A stretch of DNA of 63,557 bases, counting the filler, from Stramenopiles sp. TOSAG23-6 (lineage: Eukaryota): NCBI GenBank assembly GCA_900128565.1. It is 52 parts of 52 records of this genome, joined end to end, with 100 filler letters (N's around TTAATTAATTAA, not from the genome) between each part and the next. Parts side by side here need not be neighbours in the genome. Positions count along the whole stretch, not along the records: positions 52,726 to 53,842 come from LT639692.1; positions 53,943 to 55,058 come from LT639693.1; positions 55,159 to 56,274 come from LT639694.1; positions 56,375 to 57,489 come from LT639695.1; positions 57,590 to 58,704 come from LT639696.1; positions 58,805 to 59,919 come from LT639697.1; positions 60,020 to 61,133 come from LT639698.1; positions 61,234 to 62,345 come from LT639699.1; 44 more parts are not named here. One strand, 5' to 3'. The notes beneath the pieces are model-generated. The model did no database searches and had not been told where the DNA came from. It worked only from the letters and a program-made list of their open reading frames with translations. Of the stretch, positions 52,726 to 63,557 are shown piece by piece. Numbering within the stretch: the first letter of the stretch is position 1; each line of letters starts with the position of its first letter. The position numbers and the translations under genes are program-made.

Positions 52726-53842
52726 GGAAAAGACGTAGTCGATCGACTGGTGAAGAAGGAAAATTCATAAAAGAAGATTTCGAAAGAGTGGTGGAAGAGC
52801 GAAATTTTGTTGATGAGACAAATGATAAAAGTTCCACTAGTGTTAATGGAACGAATGACACGAAACCCCTCGACATATGTACACTTATACCCCCAGTATT
52901 GCCTACAAATGACTGGTCTGATTTATATTCTTCATATCTTTGGTCCCCTGTTAGCGTCTTTCATACAAAATTGGATACAAGGTTATCACGTTTTATTAGA
53001 GAAAAAGGTTACTGAAGAAGAACCACCATTGGTAAAACTAAACATCTCTCCACGTGAGGATACAGCAGACGATACTATAGATAACATACTAAAAGCGGCA
53101 TCAGACGCAGTAAAAGTAACAAATGTACAGTATGTACTTGAAGAAGAGATGCATGCATTATTTCACCATCTTTCGGGCAAAAATTTAGCAAATGCAACAG
53201 ATTATACAATTGATTGGAATTCTCTATTAAGGTATTTAGAAGATACGTTTGGCGAATTTGGTGATTATAAACAACCAATTGACAGCCCCACAGATATTTT
53301 ACCATCATCGGCTGTAATTGCTGCAACATATGATGGAAGAATTCCAGATGTTGATCAAGGAGAATTAGATCATATTTGCGAAAAACGACTGAAACTTTTA
53401 CGTAGGGAAATGCATGTACATGCTGTCTTGACTAATAGACTGTATAATGCGTGTGATATTGCAGTAGATCCTTCAATATCTTTTCAAAAATTCTGCCCTN
53501 NNNNNNNNNNNNNNNNNNNNNNNNNNNNNNNCGGTTTTGCAGTATATCCAAAACATTACTACACTGGATCGCATGGTAGCAGTATTGATACATATCTTGA
53601 GGGAGATGATGACATTTGGTCAGAGGTTTTAGAACTGACGCAACCATCAGAGGATGAATTACATTCTTTATTTACATATTTTGATGATGAGTGTGAAGGA
53701 TACAAAGTTGATTGGGATGAATTTATCGAAGGACTCGAAGAAGAGTTTGGTAAATCGGCAGATCCTGACAATGAGGAAGAATATTATCGTGAACAAACTT
53801 TACTAGAACACAGAAAAAGTTGCTGGTCTTTAACTAGAGCAG
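52726..53842 (+). CDS. Acidic EF-hand-like protein fragment with a frame change at ~52880-53015
   Basis: LFTYFDDECEGYKVDWDEF; two overlapping ORFs. Confidence 0.55.
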
Positions 53843-53993
53843 NNNNNNNNNNNNNNNNNNNNNNNNNNNNNNNNNNNNNNNNNNNNTTAATTAATTAANN
53901 NNNNNNNNNNNNNNNNNNNNNNNNNNNNNNNNNNNNNNNNNNCAAAAATAACAAATTTTACAAAAAAAAAAAAAATATTTTTTCACAATTCAT

Positions 53994-54333
53994 GTTATAA
54001 AGGAACTGATACTCATGATATATATAATATAGCATGGCCTAGTCCAACTATTGTTAGAAAAGCTCTTACCAAAGGATCTTTTCTAAGCCGAAGTCTTAAA
54101 GTGTGCATATATGTTTTATTTTTTTTTCAATTTTTATATTTTTTTTTTTCGTACGAAATTTTGTACCTAACAAAAAAAAAGAAAAAAAAAATTGACATAT
54201 TTTTTTACAATGTTTGATTAATCCTGATAAAAATATGAAATCGAGTTGGATAATGGGTGGAAAAGGTAAAACTGCAGATCGATTAGATGGAAAGAAGGAG
54301 AAAAAAATAAGTGATGATTGGACTTGTTACTGA
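53994..54333 (+). CDS. 3' exons of a hypothetical protein (branch-box intron ~54101-54206)
   Basis: Open exons YKGTDTHDIYNIAWP and INPDKNMKSSWIMGG. Confidence 0.55.
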
Positions 54334-54546
54334 AAAAAAAATGTATTTGGTTAGGTACAAAATTTTGTACGAAACAAAAAGAGAAATATTTTCAGTTTAA
54401 TATTCATTAAAAAATCTTTTTTTTTTTTACTCTTTTTTTATTTGATTTTTACAAAATTTTGTAATTGTCTTATAAAGAAATGGTATAAAATGTATAATCT
54501 GTAATTGCACTTTTGCATTCATTCAATCTTGTTTTTTTTATCATCA

Positions 54547-54997
54547 TTAAAAACTATCATCAAAATCATCATCATTTTCATCATCATCATCATCGAAATC
54601 ATTTTTATCATAATATAAATCATTTTCATAATATAAATCACTTTCATCATTATCATCAAAATCACGTAGAGCATTTAAAATCAACAAACTGTCATCTTTT
54701 GACTCACTATCAAAACTGTTCAATACATGCGCATCATCACCATCACCAGTAGCATTCGATTCATCATTGTCAACTCCAAGAGTAGATATTTTTTCTTCTT
54801 CAGATTGTGTTTTACCATTCAACCTTTGATATCTTTTTAAAAAATCTGTTTTTGATTCACGCAAATACATTTCAAAAAGTTGATCTTCCATTACATCCAA
54901 AACAGCATATTGATTTTCAACTAGATCTGGTTGATCCAAATCCAATGACATTTCCCCTTGTTCATCATTATCCACCGAGTTTATAACCATGTCCATG
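54547..54997 (-). CDS. Acidic terminal exon preceded by a branch-box intron ending TACAT
   Basis: ORF plus TTTTTACAAAATACAT acceptor box. Confidence 0.6.
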
Positions 54998-55158
54998 ATG
55001 TATTTTGTAAAAATATTTCAAAAAAAAAAATTGAAAATTTGTTAGGTACAAAATGTTTNNNNNNNNNNNNNNNNNNNNNNNNNNNNNNNNNNNNNNNNNN
55101 NNTTAATTAATTAANNNNNNNNNNNNNNNNNNNNNNNNNNNNNNNNNNNNNNNNNNNN

Positions 55159-56274
55159 ATCTTCATCATCAACAATATCATTATTATTATCATCATTAAC
55201 AATATCATTAGTAGTAGTAGTAGTAGTAGTAGTAATACTATCATCAACAATATCATTATTATTATTAGTAGTTGTAAAACCATCATCAACAATATCATTA
55301 TTACTAATAGTAATACTACTACTACTAGTAAAACTATCAATATGATCATCATTTTTAATATTCTCATCATTCATTAATTTCTTTCTATGAAGAGCCATTG
55401 GAGGAGTTAATAAAGAAAAATGTTGTTTTTCATTACTTATTTTTTTTTTATCCGTTTCAGATAATTTTTTAAACGTTAAAACTAACAAATGAATAAAAAT
55501 TTCAGTTGATTTTTTGTTGTGTTTTGAAGCAGCCAAAAATAAACGCATGCATATTTAGATAATATGTCAAATAGAAAATTTTGTTAGGTATTTATTATTA
55601 TTATTATTAGTAGTAGTAGTAGTATTGAAAAAAAAAATTAATAAAAAAAAAAAAAAAAATGAAAACGTACATCACCAATTGTAGACCAACTTTTTGCATT
55701 AGAATCATCATCAGAATCATCATTTGTAGTCGTTTCAGGTATTTGAGTATCATTTGATACATTTAAAACATTTGAACCATTTGAATCATTTGTAGTTTCA
55801 CTTTGATGATTTTCTTCATTTTGTTCAAAATTATTATTTTTTTTCATAGCAAATTTTGTACCTAATGTATTTTCTTCATTCATATCATTTTTTTCAACAA
55901 ATATTGATGTTAAATCATCGCCATACGTTTCTTGTAATTTTTGATTTAATATTTTTTGTCTGTTTTTATATGCTTTTTCAATTGTTAGTATATCATTTAA
56001 TTTGTTTTTATTGTGTTTTGTATAAAAAATTACTAATTTATCATGAAATGTTGTATCATTATTATTATTGTTGTTGTTGGTAGTAGTATTGTTATTATTG
56101 TTGTTATTATTATTATTGGTGGTGGTCGGAGTAGTTGTTGTTGTTGGTGGTGGTGTATTAAAATCATTTTCATTATCAACAATATTATTATTATTAGTAG
56201 TAAAACTATCATCATCAACAATATTATTATTATTGGTAGTAGTAGTAGTAAAACTATCACCTTCATCATCAACA
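55159..56274 (-). CDS. Low-complexity (D/N/T-rich) protein fragment; intron ~55546-55670 without a usable AG
   Basis: ORFs 55638-55883 and 55111-55548 flank the AT|GTACGT donor and a TACCTAAC. Confidence 0.55.
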
Positions 56275-56374
56275 NNNNNNNNNNNNNNNNNNNNNNNNNN
56301 NNNNNNNNNNNNNNNNNNTTAATTAATTAANNNNNNNNNNNNNNNNNNNNNNNNNNNNNNNNNNNNNNNNNNNN

Positions 56375-57489
56375 TTTTATAATTGTGATATTGTTGATGT
56401 TGTTTGGAGTATTTTATAGATTGTACTAATCAAGAAAAATATATTTGATATAATTGTTGTTTATTCATTTGTTTTATACTTGTGATATTGTTGATGTTGA
56501 TTGGCGTATTTTATAGCTTATACTAATCAAGACAAATATATTTGATATAATTGTTGTTTATTCAGTTGTTTTATACTTGTAATATTGTTGATGTTGACTG
56601 GAGTATTTTATAGATTGTACTAATCAAGACAAATATATTTGATATCATGGTTCTTGATTCATTTGTTTTATAATTGTGATATTGTTGATGTTGTTTTACG
56701 TATTTCATAGATTGTACTAATCAAGACAACTATATTTGATATTATTGTTGTTTATTCATTTATTTCATAATTGGGATATTGTTGATGTTGAATGGCGTAT
56801 TTTATAGATTGTACAAATCAATACAACAATATTTGTTATCATTGTTTTTTATTCATTTGTTTTATAATTCTGATATTGTTGACGTTGTTGATGTAGGTAT
56901 TTTATATATTTTGCAAATCATTACAACAATATTTGATGTTATTTTGGTTTATTCATTTGTTTTATAATTGTCATATTGTTGATGTTGTTTCAAGTATTTT
57001 TTAGATTGTACAAATCAATACAACAATATTTGATATCATTGTTGTTCATTCATTTGTTTCATACTTGTGATATTGTTGATGTTGTTTATGGTATGTGCTA
57101 TGAATTCAAAAAAAGCCACTATATTGGATAGAATTCTTGTTTTCGATTATTACTGTTGATTAATTTGTTTTATACTAATCATATTGTTGACATCATTGTG
57201 TGTATTTTATTTATTGTACAAACCAATACAACAATTTTCGATATCATTGTTGTTTATTCATTTGTTTTATAATTGTGATATTGTTGATGTTGATTGGCGT
57301 ATTTTATAGATTATACTAATGAAGACAAATATATTCGATATCATTGTTGTGTATTCATTTGTATTGTAATTGTGATATTGTTGATGATGTTTTTCGTATT
57401 TTATAGATTGTACTAATCAAGACAAATATAATTGATATAATTGTTGTTTATTCATTTGTTTTATAATTGTGATATTGTTGATGTTGTTT
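56375..57489. repeat. ~97-bp satellite (reverse orientation)
   Basis: Reverse complement of the 6172-7304 unit. Confidence 0.95.
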
Positions 57490-57613
57490 NNNNNNNNNNN
57501 NNNNNNNNNNNNNNNNNNNNNNNNNNNNNNNNNTTAATTAATTAANNNNNNNNNNNNNNNNNNNNNNNNNNNNNNNNNNNNNNNNNNNNTAAAAATTCAT
57601 ACTGAAAACAAAC

Positions 57614-58473
57614 ATATCCTCCGCAGCTATGATGAGATTACCGCTTTTATTATCCCAACCGTTGTTCCGAATAGGGACATTATCTCTAGTCAAGCACCGT
57701 CTTGGACGTGATGATTGTTTATACGAAAAAGAGCTGTTCATTTCGCTATATGTATTAAGTAAACTTTTTGTTAGTTTCTGAACAATTCGGTGTTGTTTAT
57801 TTTTATTACGATTCATTGTATCGTTATTTCTATTCTTATTACGATACGCTGTATCATTATTTCTACTATTCTTATTATTAATATTACTTTTATTTCCACG
57901 AGAGACTGGTCTTTTTCGCACATTTTTTGATGCGTTTGGTTTTGGTGGTAGCCTTGAGAAATTATTTGGTTTCGGCGGCCGTTTTGATGACGGCATTGTA
58001 TAATGCATTGACTTTTCATCATGTGATGTGCGTTTACTCGGTAAATACTGAATATTTGGTACCTTGGAGGAGTCTACTTCGACCTCAGAGACACATGAGA
58101 AAATTGAAGATTTTAGTTTTCTATATGGATTAACTACGGTAAACGATCCGGTAGAGACTAATTTTGTTGTTATATTATTCATTTCATTTAACTCAAGACC
58201 TAGTAGACTCGACGCTGATGGAATCGAAGGAAGCTTCTTTTCCAACTTGTCAGCTGAAGTTGTTTCCTTTTCTATTGAAAATAAAGAGTCTGATGGAGTG
58301 TTTTTTGATGAAAATGAAGAGTCTGATGGAGTTTTTTCATTAAAAAAAGAGGGTTCTTCAGTACCTACATATTTAGGTTTGTGACATTGTCGTTTGTCTT
58401 CCTCTTCTTCTGCAGAATGGAAATCGTCAAGTTCGCTACTACTACAGCTGTTGTGACGTTGGTGGTTCAACAT
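57614..58473 (-). CDS. YAK1: Yak1/DYRK-family kinase, N-terminal region (donor AT|GTTTGT at 57613)
   Basis: KLTKSLLNTY...F.Y....PRRCLT.......NNGWDN...NLII. Confidence 0.8.
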
Positions 58474-58804
58474 CTAGATTGCTACAGATACTATCGGATA
58501 TGAAAACCTTAGCTGTTTGGATGCTATAAAGAGCCAACGCGATCAAAATAGTGAGACAAACTTATCATCTCCGCGAATCAGTCACAGAATTCAATATCAA
58601 TTTAAAATCGAGTCTACACTTCTCTCTTGGAAGCTACCCTTCGTCACTTTTTTTTAAATTCAATAGCAGCAACAAGTTGTTCAAGTTGTTGAAATTAAAC
58701 ACAGNNNNNNNNNNNNNNNNNNNNNNNNNNNNNNNNNNNNNNNNNNNNTTAATTAATTAANNNNNNNNNNNNNNNNNNNNNNNNNNNNNNNNNNNNNNNN
58801 NNNN

Positions 58805-59410
58805 GCACACGAAGCATTTTCTCCTCGAGTCCTCTCTACAGAATCCAGACGGGAATTAGTCAGCTTTTTTTATCACGAATTTGGCGGAAACGATACTTTA
58901 CAACGTTCTTCAAAGTGGTGGTCTGAATGGCGCCAGAGACCATCACAGCGCCCAACACTTCGACTTAGAAGGCTTGGTAAAACACTTACTACAGCGGATG
59001 GATTTGAATCTACTGAATCAGGCTTTCTATTCAATACATGTAATGTATATATACCTCCTTTAGTCAATTCTGATTGGCCGTTAGCGCCATTATTGTCGAT
59101 TCGTTCAAGTACTGATGGATCAGGAGGATCAGGTAAATTTTACTCTGCTTCATTCATAAAGGGAGCGTTGGCACTTGCAGATGCTGGTAGTGCATGTAAA
59201 TGGATTTGCCGCGGCGAAGACAGCAAGACTGATCATTTGTGTTTATTTGCTTTATGCCATGTCGCTTTAACTTCGCGGGAGAACCTTCAAATGCCTTCCA
59301 TATGCAATGTATTCAGACGTTTATGGAAACGATGGTTAAGTAGCTACATTGTTACATCGCCAATATGCGATATAGAAAATGATATTGGAAAAAAACATAC
59401 ATCTTCCTGA
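58805..59410 (+). CDS. Open frame of ~200 codons, possibly RPAP1 C-terminal-like
   Basis: No stop from 58805 to 59410; PPLVNSDWPLAPLL segment. Confidence 0.35.
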   Translation, partial: AHEAFSPRVLSTESRRELVSFFYHEFGGNDTLQRSSKWWSEWRQRPSQRPTLRLRRLGKTLTTADGFESTESGFLFNTCNVYIPPLVNSDWPLAPLLSIRSSTDGSGGSGKFYSASFIKGALALADAGSACKWICRGEDSKTDHLCLFALCHVALTSRENLQMPSICNVFRRLWKRWLSSYIVTSPICDIENDIGKKHTSS

Positions 59411-59563
59411 ATAGTCGCCTCTGCAAATACTTCATCACCCAAAATATTTCGTAACGGCGCTTCTAACACTCCTCGTGTCTTTTGAAATTTTCTACGTATC
59501 TCTGAAGTTGAACTAGACATCGCAGAAGTTGTCTCGCTGTTTNNNNNNNNNNNNNNNNNNNNN

Positions 59564-59919
59564 GTGCTATCCTCGGGTAATTTTTTGACAGCTTTCCAGA
59601 GCGCATCCTCAGTACAAACTTTTGACAAATCTGTATCTTCTTGTGCAGGTATCGTATTAATTTTAGATATTGAAACGTGTTTACCCATCAAATCGCGGTT
59701 ATCAGCAGAAATTCGAGATGCGAGTTTCTTCTTACCGCGATTTCTAAGTTTATTCAATAAAGCTGGATTCAGTTGTTTCTCTAACTGATTCTGTGCATCT
59801 GCAATTTCATCAATACTCAAGTTTTTCAACATTCGCAAGACATCAGCAGATGCTTCCGTATTTTTGATAGGAAGCGTCGTTGTTGTTGGAGGTGGTATAG
59901 TCTTCGGTTTAGGTGTACG
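59564..59919 (-). CDS. RPAP1: RNA polymerase II-associated protein 1, N-terminal domain
   Basis: LKNLSIDEIADAQNQLEKQLNPALLNKLRNR. Confidence 0.7.
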
Positions 59920-60019
59920 NNNNNNNNNNNNNNNNNNNNNNNNNNNNNNNNNNNNNNNNNNNNTTAATTAATTAANNNNNNNNNNNNNNNNNNNNNNNNN
60001 NNNNNNNNNNNNNNNNNNN

Positions 60020-60063
<44 letters not shown>

Positions 60064-60106
60064 TTTTTTTTGACCAATTTCAAATGTAAAATATTTTTTC
60101 ATTACA

Positions 60107-61076
60107 CATGTCGATGGACATCAACATTGTCATATTAGAACGTGTATACGTGAAAATCTTGCTCATACATTTGCCACCGCTGGAGTTCGTTTTGTACGTA
60201 CGTTTTAGTTTTTTTCAATTTTTATCTACAGTTTTTTTTTCGTACGAAATTTCGTACCTAACGTTTTTTTTTTTTTTAAAGAAAATATTTTTTCACAATA
60301 TATGTATCCCAATAGAATGTAACAGCTTAAAAACATTATGTATTTCGTGTGGTCATGTTGTAGGAGAAGCTTCAAGTGCTCGTCAAGTGTATGAAAAATA
60401 TGGAATGAAGACTCCTTCATTGTTTGTCGGTCTAAGTTTTTGTGGTTCAACATACTCAGTACACGAAATGTATGTTTTTTTTTTTTTTTTCATGAATTTC
60501 AAATTTAATTTTTTTTTTATTTTTTTTTTTTTTTNTTTTTTTTTTAGGAAAAAAATGAAATTTTCATATTAGAAAAATAACGCAAATCTGCACAATAGTA
60601 AACAAAAACAAATTTTGAATTTTTTTCTGACCAATTTAACATGTCTNCATATTTTTTCACGATATTTGATTTGTGCAATAGAAAAACAACTTTTTGAAAA
60701 AAAAAAAAAAAATATTGGAGATGAAATCATTTTGGATGATAGAAATTCGTTAGGTACGAAAATAAGTACGAAAATAAATTCCCCAAGTATAAAAACGGAT
60801 CGTACTATTTTAGAAATAATGGTTCACCCGGGTGAACTCCCTAACCCTAATAAAAACCCTAAGAACCCTAACCCTAATAAAAACCATAAAAAACCTAAAC
60901 ATCTTAAAAATTGTAAAAACCCTAAAAAAAGTGATGAATTTTTATATGATAGTTTTCATATTTCTCCTGATCGATTTGAAGAATTAAAAACACTTTGTGA
61001 TCCAATACTGATTGAATATATGAACAATAACTATGAACTTGTTTCTTCATTAGAAGCATACAATAAAATAAAATAA
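60107..61076 (+). CDS. YDJC: YdjC-family carbohydrate deacetylase; intron 60198-60303 (GT..AT) and intron from 60470
   Basis: HVDGHQHCH, GVRFV|RIPIE, LEIMVHPG, DRFEELKTLCDP. Confidence 0.88.
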
Positions 61077-61341
61077 GTGATTTATGATATTTCTTTATTA
61101 GAAGCATACAATAAAATAAGCGATTTATGATATNNNNNNNNNNNNNNNNNNNNNNNNNNNNNNNNNNNNNNNNNNNNTTAATTAATTAANNNNNNNNNNN
61201 NNNNNNNNNNNNNNNNNNNNNNNNNNNNNNNNNAAAAAAAAAAAAAAAAACTCAAAAAAAAAAAAAAATCTCAAAAAAAAAAAAATCATACGAAATTTTG
61301 TACCTAACCAAAATTTGTTTTTTTTTTTAATATTTCACCAG

Positions 61342-62099
61342 AATGTATGAGTCAAGTTCAGATGATTTTACAGAGAGTTCAGAAGATGATTTCATGGATG
61401 TAGATAAAAAAGAAGATGTATGTTTTTATATCAAACCTAACCCTAATTTTTATATCAATTTTTTTATATCAAGATTTTTATATATCAAGATTTTTATATC
61501 AAAATTTTTATATCAATTTGTTTTTCATTTTTTTCTAAAATCAAAATTTTTATATATCAAAAAAAACCCTAACCCTAACCCTACATTGTCTACAATTGAA
61601 ATATTTTCATACACGAAATAATGCTCAAATTGTCAGTGTTTTACAACAAAATCAAACATTAAATCATCAAATAGGTAATGTTAAAAAAGAATTGAACAAA
61701 GCCATACAAGAGAAAATATCTTGGAAACAAAAATACAGAGAAACTTCCTCAAAATATGAAATTTTAGTACAAAAAAATCAAAATAATTCTAACCTACCGA
61801 ATAGCCCTAACCCTAATGAACCAGCTGCGACAGTTTTGTCACAAATGAAAATGAATGACAAAAATACATCGCGTTTATCACGATTAGTTCATTCTTTGAA
61901 ACAAAAAAATCAAAACATTCAAAATACAAATGTGATTTTACAAAAAGAAAATAAAAATTTACAAGATGAAAATAAAATGTTACAAAAACAAAATCGAATT
62001 CAAAATTTAAAAACACAAACTCAAAAAAAAGGTTTACAAGAAGAAAATCGAATTTTTAAAGATGAAATTGATAGTTTACAGACTGAAGTAGAGCGTATG
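61342..62099 (+). CDS. Coiled-coil protein fragment; intron 61418-~61610
   Basis: DKKED|TRNNAQ phase-0 join. Confidence 0.65.
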
Positions 62100-62445
62100 G
62101 TTTCATTATGAATTTCAATTTTTTTTTTTTTTTTTTTTTTTGGTTTTTTCAAAAAAAAATTTTTTTTTTGTTTTTTTTTTTTTTTTTTTTTTTTTGGTTT
62201 TTTCAAAAAAAAATTTTTTTTTGAGTTTTTATTTCGATACATTTTCATTATGAATTTCAAATTTTTTTTTTTTTTGAAACTAAAAAAAAAAATTTGTACC
62301 TAAAAATTTTTTTTGATTATTTTTTTTACAATATATTTTTAAAAANNNNNNNNNNNNNNNNNNNNNNNNNNNNNNNNNNNNNNNNNNNNTTAATTAATTA
62401 ANNNNNNNNNNNNNNNNNNNNNNNNNNNNNNNNNNNNNNNNNNNN

Positions 62446-63557
62446 CGCCTTGTCAGAATGCTTTACGGGCGGAACGGACAGGTTCGAAATCTTTTCATCG
62501 GCCAGTTTTAGTTGCGTAGAGAAGTCGTTCACTTTTCGGCGTAAAGAGGCAGCCTCTTTCATGGCCCTGGAAAGGTTTTCTTTCAGGTCCGCCTGGTTAG
62601 CGCTGTTTTCGGCATGGTCGCTTTCGAGTGTGCTTACCTTTGCATTAGCCGCAAGGAGGTCATTTTCTAAGGTCTCGCATTTTTCGACCAGTGCTCCTCG
62701 CTCCCGCGTCACCGTTTCCAGCTCTTCTTCGAGCCGTTCCTCTTCTCGTTTCGCCTTTCTGACTTCATCTTCCATCTCTTTTTGGAGCGTGTCTTTCTCC
62801 TCTTGAAGCATTTCCATGTTCGTTGTCATGGTCTTAATGTTCTCCTTCAGCTCGTTGCATTCGTGCTTCGTAATTTTGATTGTGTCTTTCAGCCGCTCAA
62901 GCTCTTTGGCGTTGTTTTCCTCGAACTCCTGTAATGCTTTTGTGCATCGTTGGATTTCCCTCTGTTGTTCCTTTATCCTTCGTCTGTCTAAAGCTGAAGC
63001 TTGGCGAGCTTCGTGTAACTTCCCTGTCACCTCGGCCACGGTCGCCGACAGGCCCGCCGACCGTTCCTTCTCTGCTAACAGGTTCTTTTCTGCGTTTACG
63101 ATAACGTACTGCACCTCCCTCAACTCCTTTTGCATTTTGAAATTTTCATCTTTGAGGGCCTCGACTTCACTTTCTAGCTTCGCGGCCGCAGTCCGCACTT
63201 GCTCTTGCAAGGAGTTTATTTTGGTGACCTGCTTGTCTCTATTTAATTTCAGTGCTTCAATTTCCCGCTCGGACGATGTTATTTTATTTTTCAGCGTTTG
63301 TGAACCTTGCTTCTCGCATTCCAACAAGTCTTCCGTTTCTAACAGTTTCGTTTCTAATTTCATCAGTACGGCCTGCCCCTCCTCGTGAGTCTTTCGTGCG
63401 AACTGTAGCATTTTTCTACTAAATGGCACCATCTCTTTCTTCCAAATTTGAGCATTATTTGCCGCCTCCTCGACCGCTTTTTCTAAGTTGACCGTGGGCA
63501 TGGACGGTTTAATGGCACTCTTTCCCATCTCGTATGCCGTCTTCTGCTTGAAAAAAA
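62446..63557 (-). CDS. Long coiled-coil protein fragment, noticeably more GC-rich
   Basis: 376-aa heptad-rich ORF. Confidence 0.8.

Noticed and set aside
52860-53015. Programmed frameshift in the EF-hand-like gene
   Set aside because: No clear slippery site or structure; an indel error or a short GT-AG intron (52879-52954) explains it equally well
1-63557. Gene-neighbourhood or operon-like system across contigs
   Set aside because: Adjacency reflects sorting by contig length, so synteny across linkers is meaningless

Overview
This window is not a contiguous locus. It is a size-sorted concatenation of about 52 short (~1.11-1.14 kb) contigs joined by artificial N44-TTAATTAATTAA-N44 linkers, from an AT-rich eukaryote (gene content is compatible with a protist, possibly a stramenopile; taxon not provable here). 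Recognisable gene fragments include zf-HIT/ZNHIT3, sedoheptulokinase, STI1/HOP, FLVCR-type MFS, tandem SH2, Myb, BABAM1-like vWA, an E2 enzyme, an RWD protein (same contig repeated 7 times), GCK domain, ABCC transporter, OGT, a fucosyltransferase, Yak1-type kinase, RPAP1, YdjC and several ankyrin proteins, plus a ~97-bp satellite and a 119-bp tandem array. The main discovery is an unusual intron system. About 30 introns of ~75-200 nt share a long branch-site box (TTTCGTACGAAATTTTGTACCTAAC) and a 3' box (AAATATTTTTCCAAAATAYAN). Reading-frame and homology reconstruction indicates many end in non-canonical YAT (occasionally TG) instead of YAG. Donors include GT, GC and apparently GA, usually after an exonic AT. 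Related leads are a Cwc15-like C-terminus on an atypical protein, a hairpin/Sm-site tandem array resembling an SL RNA or Helitron end, and orphan copies of the branch box outside introns.
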